A stretch of 64,000 nt of DNA from Eledone cirrhosa (Eukaryota), in assembly GCA_964016885.1 (NCBI GenBank), contig OZ024741.1:367784001-367848000 (forward strand), given 5' to 3'. Position numbers and translations under genes: made by a program. The first letter of the stretch is position 1. Each line of letters opens with the position of its first letter. Shown piece after piece: positions 1 through 12,096 of the stretch. The notes under the pieces are model-generated. The model made no database searches, was not told where the DNA came from, and saw only the letters and a list, made by a program, of their open reading frames with translations.

Positions 1-1371
1 GGATTTGCGTTTGCCGCATTGGCTCAGCACATCCTCTATCTCAGTGGCTGAAATCGGCTCCTCGCAGGACTTCGCCTCCCTGTCCGAGAGACGCGGCAGG
101 CCGTCGAGGTATGGACCGAAGTCCACATCCCCAACCGGCTCCCTGCCCCTTCCGAACAATCTGGCAAAGTGCTTTTGAAAAGCCTCGCACATCTGCTTAG
201 GTTCAAGGATCACCCGTCCATCCTGGTCTCGCAAAGACCGGATAGTGGATCTAATCCCTCTTTTGGCTTCTGTCACGCGGGCCCAGCTAACAGCTTTGGT
301 CCCCTCGTTTCCCAGAGCACGTATTTTGCTTCGGACGATGCAGCCTTCGTGTTTCGTATCGAAGAACTGGCCCAGGGCCGTTCTCTATGCTAGCACTCTG
401 GCCACGTCGCCGCTTCTAATTGCTTCTTCTACACTATCTACCAACTCCCTTTCCTTCCTATTTCTATTTGAGGCTAACTCCTTACTAAATTCTATAGAGG
501 CTACTCTAATCTCTCTTTTGAGAGATCCCTACCACCTGCTGTTGACGATGGCGCCCGTCAACCGCTCCTTAACTAAAGTGCTAATCCAGTCCCTGTAAGC
601 CTTACTTGCCGGTAAGGACAAGTTGAGCTTCCAGTAACCGGGTCCCTGTCTATGCGTTCTGTCAAGGTTGACCATGCAGCTCACTAACTTGTGGTCTGAA
701 TAGCCAACCATACGCATTTTTGGACAACTTAAAAAGTCCTTATCCTTATTTCTAACTAAGAACCTATCTAAGTACGACCTAGATGATCCGCTGCGGTTTG
801 CCCAAGTCCAGGTTGGCGCAGTCGGAAAATCTAGTCGATATCTATCGGCCAGGTCAAATCGACCGATTAACCCTTTGAGGCTATTACACCCCTCTCTATC
901 GGGACAGGCCCCTACGTAGTCCCAGCGTGCATCTAGGATACCATTCCAGTCCCCCACTAATAGCAAGGAGCGGGATGTCCCCAGAAAAGTCTCCAGACGA
1001 TGGAAGAGGTCCGGCCGCATTGACCCGAAAGGGCCGTAGACGGCTACCAACCTAAACGCTCCGCCTTCACCACAGCCAAGGTCCAGAACCACTAGTCGAC
1101 CCTCCGGGTCTAAATGTACCGTCTGTGTTGCGAGACCCAGATGTTTTTGCAGCAGAAAGACAACCTCACCCCCACCTCCGGGCTGACAGAGAGATGCGTG
1201 CATCTCAAAGTCATCAAAGGTGGGGGCCAGCTGTCGCACGTAGCTGATCCGGGCCTCGCAAATAACCATCACATCTATACATTGTGACCTGAGGTCATTT
1301 AGAAGCATTGCTTGCTTCCAAGTTGAGCCCAGGCCACGCGCATTTAGACAGCCTACTCTTAGCATAGCCAT
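1..1371 (-). pseudogene. Retrotransposon ORF2: APE endonuclease plus linker to reverse transcriptase, with two in-frame TAG stops
   Basis: ATG at 1371. Motifs CLNARGL, VAVYGP, VGDWN, TWTW, SYLDRFLV and SDHKLV. The same frame continues past TAG 531-529 and TAG 387-385 to position 1. Confidence 0.88.
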
Positions 1372-1395
1372 GTTGGTGGTGAAGAGAAAAGGCAC

Positions 1396-3042
1396 TTACC
1401 TCTCTGTGTCCCGGGTATCGGGCTGCACAATTTCCATGAAGGTGGGGGATGGGTTGTTGGGTGGGGTGGTGGTTTGTGGAAGTGTAGGGGCATCGGTGTG
1501 TTGTGTGGTTGGGGTGTTTGGAGTTGTGTGGGTGTTTGGGGAGGGAGTGGGGTAGTTTTTTAGGAGGATGTGGTTAATGGGCCCGACGCAGGGGGGGGGA
1601 CACATCCTCTTTAAAGTTGTTTTTTAGTGTTTTATATGTGTCCTCTGGGGCCTTAATCATTTTGAGGTGGGGGAAATCCCCTGCCTGGGTGAAGTTAAGC
1701 CCTTGGGTTTTTATCAAATTGTTGTTGTACACAATGTTTAACAGTTTTTTATTTTTTGTGTTTATGTATGTGTATGCATGTTTTTGTTTTTGTGTGGTGT
1801 TTTTTGTTTGCTGTTGTTGTGTGCTCTTTTGTGTTGGTGTCAGTGTTATGTTTTGGGGAGGGGTTGTTTTCATTTGTGTGTCTGAGGTGTGTTTTCTTTT
1901 TTTTTTTTGATTGTGTGGAAGTGCTCCTCCTCGTCTGACGACGAATGAGGGTCATCTTCCGCGTTGGAGGGGAGGGGTAGATTTTCTGGTTGTGTTTGCG
2001 GTGCGGGTGTTTTGGAAATTGTTTTTTTTTTAGTGGGGGGGATGGGTTGGACATTGTTTTGTTTTGGTTTGAGCTGTGGTTGTTGTTTTTGTAGTGGTGG
2101 TTGTGGTGATTGTGTTGGTTGTGCAGTTGTTGGTGGTGTAGGCAGGATTGGGGTTTTCTTATTAAGTTGAGGACAGACAGCCCTCAGGTGACCTCTGGTT
2201 CCACAGAGGTAACACGAGAGCCGCCTACCCTCAACGGTAATGTTGATAAAAGTTTGATCATCCAGTATGACGCGTTCAGGGATCTGGGCGATCCTTTCGG
2301 GCCTCATTTGAACTACAAGTTCGAGACTCGTTCCACTGAACGCGTCACCCGATGCCTTTCCCATGGATATTAGTGTGTCATCATCTAGGTTCAGGAAACC
2401 TGTCAAAACCCACCATATGTCCATAATCGGCAGGATGGTGTGGATTTTTATTTTTTGTGTCCTTCTACCCATGTACGTACGGTAGAAGGTGTATGTGGTG
2501 GATGTAATTGGTTTTATGGACAGTTTCACTGCTGTGTCCCTGTCCTTCATGAGAATGGATAGACTCCCGTAGAGTCTATCCTTCTGAATGAATGTGATGT
2601 CTTTCATGACGTCTTTTAAAACCAGCTCTATCTCACTCTGTGATGGTTGAGCTGGTTTTTTGCTTTTGTTTGAGACTGTCCTAAACATGACAGTGTTTAG
2701 GAGTCTCTGGCTTTTTAGTTCCGGGGGGGGAGTGGATCGAAAACGATCCATTTTTCCCCGTACATTATGTATTTTTTGGCATCTGCTAGTAGCTCCTTCG
2801 CTTTGGCTATATCTACTGGCAGATAGTCGAGGTTTTCCTTGCCGTCTGGGCGAAGGAGACTTTTTTCTTGTGTGTGTTGCTGTTGTAGTTGGTGGTGTTG
2901 TTGTTATCACAGTTATTGGTCTTGTTGTTGTTGGTGTTGTTGCTGGTGCCGCTGGTTGTTTGGTTTGTTGCCATGGCAACGTCAAGTTGTCGGTCAGCAG
3001 GTGGAGAAAATCCTTCCTCTGGCTGACCTTTGTCTTTGACAT
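1396..3042 (-). pseudogene. Retrotransposon ORF1 (gag-like, zinc knuckle), apparently frameshifted at homopolymer runs
   Basis: ORF 3042-1870 contains CYLCGTRGHLRAVC (CX2CX4HX4C). P/T/K-rich coding continues in ORFs 1873-1574 and 1605-1396, switching frame near poly-T ~1897-1908 and poly-G 1591-1599. It ends at TAA 1398-1396, just before ORF2. Confidence 0.75.
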
Positions 3043-3060
3043 CTGCTACTATGACAGTGG

Positions 3061-3402
3061 CAGAGTAAGATAGAGAGAAAGAGATAGAGATTGTGAGAGA
3101 GTAGATTGAAAGAGAGACATAGAGAGAGGGAGAGGAGATAGAGAAGGAGAATGCAAGAGAGAGAGCTGGTGGTGTTGGTGTGTATATATATATATGTGAG
3201 TGTGTGTGTATATATATATATGTGTGTGTATATATATGTGTGTGTGTATATGACCAGTGTATATAGAGCACAGACACCCAATATATACACACACACACAT
3301 ATATATACACACACACACATTTATATATATATACATACACACACACACATTTATATATATACATACACACATTTATATATATACATACACACGTATATAT
3401 AT
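3061..3402. repeat. GA-rich tract followed by (TA)n/(TG)n/(CA)n microsatellites
   Basis: Visible directly in the sequence. Confidence 0.9.
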
Positions 3403-3554
3403 GGGCCTTCCAGTTTCATTTCACATGATATACATGTCTGTGTATATTTTAATTATTTAAAAATTATTTTTAAGTGAACATGATTTACAAAAAATATTTT
3501 TAAGTGAACGTAACCCAACGGGTCACAGGTGGTCTAGTATATTACTAAATCCCT

Positions 3555-3830
3555 CCAGCCTGGTGTGTTCAGCTACCAGCCCTGGCTTCACTGCTCGCCA
3601 GGCCGAAGAGGGCAAACTGTCAAAGTATCAGTTGCTCTTTAATAGGTTTGCGATCGAGCCTGTGTCATTGGAGACTTCCAACGTTTTTAGTTCCCAGACC
3701 ACATCCCTATTCTCTGCTATTGCAGTGGAGTTGGCTACTTGCATGTACGAGCCTCACAAAATGGAGTAGCTGTTCCAGCACATCTCCTTCCCCATCCTCC
3801 GGGACAATGTCTTCTCCATCCTGTTGCCCA
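3555..3830 (+). mobile_element. Degenerate 3' fragment of a CRE-type (RLE-bearing) non-LTR retrotransposon
   Basis: SATSPGFTARQAEEGKLSKYQLLFNRFAIEPVSLETS...E*LFQHIS is colinear with the better-preserved copy at 13210-13825. Confidence 0.7.
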
Positions 3831-4399
3831 GGACCAAGAGGCAGTCTGATCCTTAACCAGTGAATGGTAAATATAATTCACACACACACTATAAATAAGC
3901 TTTGATGTAGTTTTAGAATGGTGGAAAAATAATTTTGTTGCTTTTCCTTTACAAATATCTTGACTATTTTCAAAATTAGACAGTGTCATTCATTAGTAAT
4001 ATGGTAATGAAAGGGTTAAAATATACAATCAGCAAAGAGTCCCTAATTAAATGAGAAGATAGCTTGAAATGTACAGCTATAATTAATTGAAGGAGACCGT
4101 CATTATTGAATTTGATGGACAACCATATGCAGCAAGTAAGCACATGTGAATGCGTGCGTGTGTGTGTGTCTATATTTGTGTGTATGCATGTGTGTGTGCG
4201 CATGACTATACATATATATATTGTTCTTTTACTTGGTTGGTCTGGAGAAAAGAGAAGTGTCCATGGACTTCACATGCCTTCCAAGATACATTGGAGTGAG
4301 CCAGGAGTACCTGAGTGGAGGTGGAATAAGTTCAAGCAGCTCCAAGTAGCAACCATTGTAGAAATAGTAAATGAGGCAGAGGGAGAAAACAGAACGTTT

Positions 4400-5032
4400 G
4401 TGTATCAGAGACTGGAGAGTACTAAAGACAGGAGAGTCCCAGAGACTGGAGAGTGCCAGAGTCTGGAGGGTGACATAGGTTGGAGAGTGCTTGAGGCTGA
4501 AGAGTACCAGAGGTTGGAAAGTGACATAGGCTATTGAGTGCCAGAGACTAGAGAGTACTAGACAGGAGAGTGCCAAAGCCTGAAGAGTGTCAGAGACAGG
4601 AGAGTACCAGAAGCTGGAGAGTGCCTGAAGCTGGAAAATGCCAGAGATGGGAGAGTGCCAGAGACTGGAAAGTTTCAGAGGCTGAAGAGTGCCAAAGACT
4701 GGAGGGTGCCAAAGGTTAGAGAGTACCAGAGGTTGTTGAGTGCCAGAGACTGGAGAATGCCAGGGACTGGAGAGTGACAGAAGCTGGAAAGTACCAGAGA
4801 CTGGAGAATGCCAGGGACTGGAGAGTGACAGAAGCTGGAAAGTACCAGAGACTGGAGAGTACCAGAGGCTGGAGTGGGCCAGAGGAGGGAGAGTGGCAGA
4901 AACTGGAGAGTACCAGAGACCGGAGAGTGGCAGAAGCTGGAGAGTACCAAAGGCTGGAAAATGCCAGAGACTGGAGAGTACCAGATACTGGAGAGTACCA
5001 GAGACTGGAGACTGCCAAAGGCTGGAGAGCAC
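4400..5032. repeat. Degenerate minisatellite, ~17-bp unit (CCAGAGACTGGAGAGTR)
   Basis: Dozens of imperfect tandem copies; these generate the spurious repetitive ORFs in the ORF track. Confidence 0.9.
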
Positions 5033-5034
5033 CA

Positions 5035-5240
5035 AACCCTTTAAACCGGCTGTAACTGGCCAGATTTCTTTCACCTCTTTCTATTCAAACTGGCTGTAAC
5101 TAGCCACTCACACCGATGTTAAGGTATTGTTCTCAAAATAAATAATATCAAAATCTCATAGATTCGATATTATGTGAAGTAAAGCCTATACCGTGAAAAT
5201 ATAATAATAAATATAGAGTTATGTAAATGCTAAAGGGTTA
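5035..5240. mobile_element. piggyBac-like MITE family A (damaged left end)
   Basis: Internal sequence and right end TAAATGCTAAAGGGTTA match the other copies. Confidence 0.75.
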
Positions 5241-6480
5241 GCCAAGTAATTTTTTTTTGTTTTGTTTTGTTTTTCTGAATGCCAATCTGAGCAACAGCAG
5301 ATGTGTGTGTGTTATGGGAACAGAAAAGAGAAATAAATAAATTTAAAAAATAAAAATTTCATGAAAATATATGTCAACAAAATAGGTGTAAATAGGAGAA
5401 AAGTAAATTAGTATATTTACCAAATCTACTAGATTCCCCAAATTTGTCAAATTCCTCTAATTAAATTTTTAAAAAATAATGAAAACAATTTCTAAGAATG
5501 AAATTCTTATGATTTCTGTATAACATTTAAACTATTTTGTGATCTTAACTTTATTGATATGCAAATTTTAAAATGATTTGCTCTTGTTGTCATTTTTGTT
5601 GTTTTTCTTGATAGACCTAGTGGATAAGGTGTTAGACTCACAATCATAAGGTTGTAAGTTCAATTCCTAGATGGGGTGGCATGTTGTTTTTCAGCAAAAT
5701 ATTATATTTCATTTTGCTTTCTATGAGGAGTTACAACCAGCAGATAGTATTAGCAATGAAAAGGCTGATAGAAATATTTCCTTGATCTGATTTCATGATC
5801 AGCCCCTTTTCTTTTTTTTTTCTTTTTTTTGTTTTGTTATAGTTCTTTAGCTCCATGTCAGCCTCAAATGAAGTGGATGCATGCTTAAAGGTGTCCTAGC
5901 TGTTGAAACTATGCTAAAAATGGAATTTATGAGCAAGACACGGTTCACTGGACCATCTAGTCTTGGACTGCTACAGCCCATCCAACATATGTCAGTATGG
6001 AAAGTGTACATAAAATGATTATGGTGATAGTGATGATGATGATGGTGGTGATGATGATAAAGGGATTAAAGACATAGTTGACTCCGATAGAATTATACTA
6101 ATATAACTAATACCTAAATATCACAAGTCAAGTATTTTTGCCATAGCTTAAAGTCAACCCAAGCCTTCTGAGTAAAATTAGATAGACGAAAACTATGTGG
6201 AAGCAGATTGCATGAATTGTACCTATAATTCAAAGACCTTGTGTCATGGTAACACGTGTTTATTGAATATTCAACCACTTACACATTAATTCATGAGTTG
6301 GACAGTCGTTGTTCAAACATCTGCATGCTCATTGCCAAAATCAATGAAGGATCACCACAAGGTATTCTCCCATTTCCATTCTATTCAGCCATTTTTTATC
6401 CCTGGCTGGATGATCATCAAACAATTACCAACTTATCTACACTAGTTGTCTACATACCCATCCATGTAGGTCAATTAAAA

Positions 6481-6956
6481 TTAACCCATTTGTTACCATA
6501 TTTATAATAGCAAACTGTGTTTTTTAAAATAATGTTGAAAATAATCATGAATTTAGAGGGATTTAGTATTATAACTAACTTTCCTGTAATTAAGTTGGTA
6601 TTTGGAGCATATCTTAACCCTTAAGCATTTCAACCGGCTGTATCCAGCCAGAATTTTCTCAACCATTTCTGTTCAAACCGGTCATAACCGGTTGCTCATA
6701 TTTATATTGAGGCCTTTTTCTCAAAATAAATAATATCAAAATCTCATAGATACGATATGTGAGATAATTATATGAGGTAAATCCTTTACCGTGAAATACA
6801 ATAGTAAATATAGAGTAATGTAAATGCTAAAGGGTTAAAAGTTGTTACAGAAAATCATGATGGAAAGTTTTAACTGAATATAAACACTTTCAAATAAAAA
6901 CTATTGTGTTGTAGAACTAGAATCAGTTTCAGTTGGTTTGGTATCAAAAGGGTTAA
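6481..6956. mobile_element. piggyBac-like MITE family B with family A nested inside
   Basis: Ends TTAA-CCCATTTGTTACC and GGTATCAAAAGGG-TTAA. Related ends occur at ~4005-4019, ~25790 and 53663-53899. Confidence 0.65.
6614..6838. mobile_element. piggyBac-like MITE family A (~220 bp)
   Basis: TTAA target site on both sides; TIR CCCTTWAGCATTT / AAATGCTAAAGGG. Confidence 0.85.
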
Positions 6957-6999
6957 AGGAAAAGACTGAAGGTAATTTAACTGACATTATTAACTTGGA

Positions 7000-7188
7000 A
7001 TGGATTGGCAGTATCGGTAGAAGGTCGGACGCCATGCTTTGACGCATAGAGTTACGGCCCTTGCCATTCTGAGTTCAAATCCCGGCGAGGTTAACTTTGC
7101 CTTTCATCCTTACAGGGTCGATAAAATAAAGTACCAGTAATACACTGGGATAATTGCTGGCCTTGTGCCAAAAGTAGAAACAATTATT
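7000..7188 (+). mobile_element. tRNA-derived SINE family 1 (Meta-SINE-like central domain)
   Basis: A box TGGCAGTATCGG, B box GTTCAAATCC, core GCCTTTCATCCTTACAGGGTCGATAAAATAAAGTACCAG and (ATT)n tail. More than 12 copies in the window. Confidence 0.85.
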
Positions 7189-7259
7189 AACTCGGAATGT
7201 GATAGAAATACACCCAAACAACTACTGTTCATGAATTGTTCATACACAATTTTAAATAC

Positions 7260-7392
7260 TTTTCATTATTCACTACTATTTTATAATTAGATTTTTGCTA
7301 ATTATTTTTTTTTTCACTCAACATGCATGAAGAGTGAAAAAAAATAATAATTAGCAAAAATCTAATTATAAAATAGTAGTGAATAATGAAAA
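7260..7392. repeat. Near-perfect ~60-bp inverted repeat with 12-nt loop
   Basis: 7260-7319 is the reverse complement of 7332-7392 except for a small difference in a T/A run. Confidence 0.9.
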
Positions 7393-7771
7393 ATAAAAAA
7401 AGGAAAAAATAAATTCAAATTAAAAGAAAAGTAATTAATAACCAACATATACTTTTTTGTTTTAAAAATATTTATACATTCTTAAAAGCTGAAAGAAATA
7501 GGTTATCTGAGATAGTTCTTCATGATATTGCACCACATTAAGTTGTTTAATTCACGCTGATAAAAGTATATATGTATGTATGTATGTATGTATGAATGTA
7601 TGTGTGTGTGTGTACATATAGGCAAATCTCACACAATGCAGCCTCGACAGATGAATACTGCTTGATTATGGCTGACAACTGATACAACCAGGACACCATA
7701 GTGAAACACCAATATATGGAACACTACATTATGTAACATTCTCTCCTTATTTTAATTTATATTCCTTTGAA

Positions 7772-7900
7772 GTTCTGATGAGCCGCTCTGTTTTTAAATA
7801 TGTTAATTATTTTCAACTGAACCAGATCAATAATGTCATCTGATAATAATCAGTCATCTGATCCAGAAATATTATATGGAGTAGCGAAACAATTGTAAAC
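7772..7900 (+). ncRNA. Candidate minimal type I hammerhead ribozyme (Penelope-associated type)
   Basis: Stem I GTT/AAC; core CTGATGA at 7775-7781; stem II GCCGCTCT/GGAGTAGC; GAAA at 7886-7889; palindromic stem III ACAATTGT; cleavage triplet GTA at 7895-7897. Confidence 0.6.
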
Positions 7901-8452
7901 GGACATTATTATTATTAATATTATTATTATTATTCTCTACATTCCTTACATCAAACTAAAATATGCTGACAATCTTTTAATAATGTCTTCCTTATGAAAT
8001 TTGTGGCCTTGTTTTGCTTAACTAATGAATATTTCCAGCTCTGCGCACCTAACTTCTGCATGAACCCAGCCACCTAGCTGCCTTCCACTGCATATTGCAC
8101 ATTGAGCACATGCCTTTACGCTTTGGCTTCTAACTAATTCACCAATCTCTCCTCTCCTATCTCCATCTCTCTCTTTAAGATTGGTTACTCTTGAACTGTG
8201 TATATGTATATATATATATATATATATACATATGTATATACATATATATACACATACATATATATACATCATCATCATCATCATCATTTAACGTCTATCT
8301 TCCACGCCAGCATGGGTTTAGACATGCATGTGTATGTACATATATATGTATATATGCTTGTAGATATGTGGGTGCATGTGTATGTGGGCATATAGTAGGA
8401 GTGGTGGTGGTGGTGGTGGTGGTGATGGTAGTAGTAGTAGTAGTAGTAGTTA

Positions 8453-9096
8453 TCTATATATAAAACTGAGGATGTGTGTGTGTGTGTGTAAGTTTGAATC
8501 CCTAAAACTCGAGAAGTACCCAACCAACTTTTTTCAAACTTTACATGTGTATTACTTATGTTTCAGGGAATGTTATGTACATAAAAAATTCAACTTTTTG
8601 ATCCCCTAGGGCTCACATTAGGTGAAAAACTGCATTTTTTCAGGTTTTTAGGGGCTTTTTTGAAGCGTTACGTCAGACCGATTTCCTTGAAATTGTTACT
8701 ATGTATTAGTCAGTCTCTTCTTCATACTGTGAGCAAAGAAAATCCAACTTTTTTTTTATGGCCTAGGGCCATAGTGAAATTAGGTGAAAAACTTCATTTT
8801 TTCAGCTTTTTAGGGCTTTTTTGAGGCGTTATGTCTAGCCGATTTTCCCAAAATTTCAAGGCATAATATGCACATTAAAAAAATTCATTTTCTTGATCCC
8901 CTAGGGCCTGCATTTGGTGAAAACCTGTATTTTTCCTGCTTCATCGAAGAAAATCTTAAAGATTATCCAGCCATCAGAGTATTCGGTTTATTTTCTTTAC
9001 ATATTGTCCAGGCATGCAGTTTTTCCACGATTAGGTCTGTTGGTGGCCCGCATTCCAAAATACCTTATCCCGTGCAACGCTGAGTACCACTGCTAG
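8453..9096 (+). mobile_element. Non-autonomous Helitron family A
   Basis: 5' end A|TCTATATATAAAAC; subterminal hairpin remnant CCCGTGCAACGCTGAG; 3' end CTAG|T; no TSD; internal subrepeats. A second copy lies at 38663-39493 (-). Confidence 0.85.
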
Positions 9097-9953
9097 TGTA
9101 CAATAAAAACAAGAAATATATTTTCAGCCTGAAACTAGTAGATAAAATGTACTTCTCTAGTTGATGAGATAAAAACTTCCATGTCCCATGATGACTATCA
9201 TATAATGGAGAGTAGCTGCTAAAACATCAATCATCATGATGGCATGGATAGGATGGGTTGTCAAGGTCCAAGATGGGACATATTGGAGAATCTCACCTTG
9301 CCTATATATTTGAAATATAGCTCCGTCTCTTTCATGCACTTGGTAAATCTCCTCCAAATCCTTCCCATTTCACCCCACCAGAGGCACCAAGTAACCTCAA
9401 TTACTTCAAACCAAGACCAGTGGCCATGATAGTTCCCCTTTCCTCAACCTCAAACAATATGTCCAAGAGGCAGACTGGCCAAAAATGAAATATGTTATTT
9501 TCTCAGATAATTTTTTAAAAAAAGTTAAAATCTATCCCAAGTCTGGAGGCTCATCAGGCCAGTATTTATTACAGTTTTATCAACATTAAGTGACTGAGAG
9601 TACAAGACTACCTCCTGGACAAGACACCAGTCCAACTCAAGGTTAACCACCAGCTACTGCTGTTATTCATTTTCTGCTGAGTGTACTAGAGCAATGTGAA
9701 AGGAAGTGTTTTGCTCTAGAATACAATGCACCTGCCTGGACCTATGACATTATGATCAGATTAAACAACATATTAATGAACATGAGCCAAGTTAATGAGT
9801 TACAGATGCCCAGGTTAGTTTTGAGACCCAGTTTGCTTCTGGCTAAAACTAACCTATATTCATCAAACTTTTCAATGAAATACCCTGATCTTTGTTTGTG
9901 TCTTATCCCCAAGAATCTCATCACCTATGATGATGTCTGCATATGTTCTATAC

Positions 9954-10560
9954 CAGGGGTCGGCAACCTTTTGGGCTTGTGGGCCACATTACTATGCAGT
10001 GTCTCATCGGCGGGCCACATAGCTATGCAGTGTCTCATTGATGGGCCATGATGCCAAAATATAATAAATTTGCTCGACCTCAGACTGCTGTCCAAAAGAC
10101 TACCTTAATCGTGGGATTTAAAGAACAATGAATTTTATGTGATATTACTTTAAAGACATTCCTTACTACAAATAAAATACAGGTAGAAATGGTAAATTGT
10201 ATAATGAGATACTTGTTTTTGCCTGTCGTTGGATAGCTTCTCTACATCATCATCATCATTTTACGTCCGCTTTTCCCTGCTTGCAAGGGTGGGACATCAG
10301 GTGAAATATTTGTAGAAGACAGGAATGGAACATTGTCCAGATGGTCATCATGCAGCCTTGTTCTTAAATAAATGATCTTCAGTATATTTCATTTTGGAAA
10401 AAAGCTGTTCACAGGTATATGTACTGCCAAATAATGAAACTAGCACACACAGTCCCCTTGACCTCGATGTCTGACTATTCTATCTGTCTGAGTTTGATTG
10501 TTTGTTACTGTCATGCAAAAAATTATGTTCAGCTAAGTGAGTCTTGTGGTTAGACATGTT
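9954..10560 (-). mobile_element. hAT (Charlie/SPIN-like) DNA transposon 3' fragment with transposase C-terminus
   Basis: TIR CAGGGGTCGGCAAC at 9954 follows TTCTATAC. Minus-strand translation SLFGSTYTCEQLFSKMKYT...RLHDDHLDN...TNISPD/VEKLSNDRQKQVSH matches the hAT dimerisation domain. It is interrupted by a ~50-bp RTE tail at ~10246-10296. Confidence 0.8.
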
Positions 10561-11285
10561 CTCTATTCAGTATTCTAATCCAAAATAATTCAGACCACTT
10601 TTTCAGGGATCGCTTAGCCTGTTGGGGTGCCGGACAAAAATCCTTCACATTCACAGGCCAGGGGTTATCAACCCCTGTTCTACACAGTGAAGATCAGAGG
10701 TGTAAAGTATTCTGGATTGTATGATAGTTTGTTCCAACTGACTGATGTCAAAAAGAAAGAGGCATGGAAGTGCTACTGCGAGAGACTGTGAATGAAGAAA
10801 ATAAATGGGACAGTGAGTATCTACTATATGTTGGCCGAACTGAGGAACCAGTTATAAAAGTATGATAGATAAAGTGATTAAGGATATGATGGTAGGGAAA
10901 GCAACTGGACCATCCAGTATAGTTGCCAAGATTCTAAAACATGAGCCATGGTAGGCTACAAGCTTGTCAGATGCATGATTAATTAAGTAGTACAGGATGG
11001 TGTCATACCCAATGACTGGCACTGCAGTAACTTAGTAAACTTCTACAAGGGCAAAGGAGTTAACTATAGAGGCATTAAGTTGATGGATCAGGTCATGAAA
11101 GTTACTGAAAGATTATAGCACAACTAATTAGGGACACAATCAAACTAAATGAGATGTAGTTTGGGACTGATGCCCTTTTCCTTTTAAGACAACTACAAGT
11201 GGGGTACTTGGCTAAGAATAAACTTTCATTTGTAGATCTGGAGAAGGCCTTTGATAAGGACTCCTACATTGTAATTTGGTGGATA

Positions 11286-11514
11286 TTAACGCTTTAGCAT
11301 TTAAACCGGCCGTATCTGGCCAGAATTTTCTCACCTCTTTCTGTTCAAACCAACTGTAACTGGCCATTCATACTGATGTTAAGGTATTATTCTCAAAATG
11401 AATAACATCAAAATTTCATTGATTCGATATTATGTGAGATAATTATGTGAGGTAAAGCCTTTACTGTGAAAATATAATAGTAAATATAGAGTAATATAAA
11501 TGCTAAAGGGTTAA
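11286..11514. mobile_element. piggyBac-like MITE family A
   Basis: TTAA...TTAA with TIRs, inserted in the RTE remnant. Confidence 0.85.
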
Positions 11515-11866
11515 GGAAGTTAGTTGAGAGCCATGAAAACTATGTATAGAGGAGTAACCAGCAAAGCAAGGTAAGAGTTGCAGTAAGTACAGTGATGAAT
11601 TTGAAGTGCATGGAGCAGTCCAACATGGCTCAGTCCTCAGTCTACTTCTGTTTATCATATTCCTTCAGGCCATAACTGAGGAGTTTAAGACTGGAAAGGC
11701 CTAAAAATAAACTTAACAAAGACTGAAGTCTTAATAAGTATGAAGGAAGCCAGGAAGCTGGTACTACCAGAGAAGCAGACTTGTTCAATATGTTGAAAAG
11801 AGGTAGGCAGAAATTCAATAAGATGCACATAGTGTAATCTAAGGGTATATAAGAGATGTAATGGGA

Positions 11867-12096
11867 TTAACCCTTTAGCATTTACATTACTCTATATATA
11901 TATATATATACTATTGTATTTTTGTAGTAAAGGCTTTAATCTTACATAATTATCTCACATAATATCGAATCTATGAGATTTTGATGTTATTTATTTCTAG
12001 AACAATACTTTAACATCAGTATGAGCAGCTGGTTTGAAAAGAATGAGGTAAGGGAATTCTGGTCGGATATGGCCAGTTTAAATACTAAAGGGTTAA
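11867..12096. mobile_element. piggyBac-like MITE family A (opposite orientation)
   Basis: TTAACCCTTTAGCATTTA...TAAATACTAAAGGGTTAA. Confidence 0.85.

Larger units (their letters stand above)
1..3060 (-). mobile_element. Tx1-like (L1 clade) non-LTR retrotransposon, 5' part; runs off the left edge of the window
   Basis: ORF1 with a CCHC knuckle is followed 25 nt later by ORF2. ORF2 has an APE endonuclease and the L1/Tx1 linker (GPGYWKLN...VRSK...F..HF..LF...PISATEI...KS). The 5' boundary is approximate. Confidence 0.9.

Noticed and set aside
3403-3538. Possible small Helitron ending CCCAACGGG...CTAG|T
   Set aside because: The hairpin is weak, there is no clear 5' TC end, and there is no second copy in the window.
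4229-5099. Several overlapping 90-280-aa ORFs
   Set aside because: They arise from a 17-bp minisatellite that is open in multiple frames.
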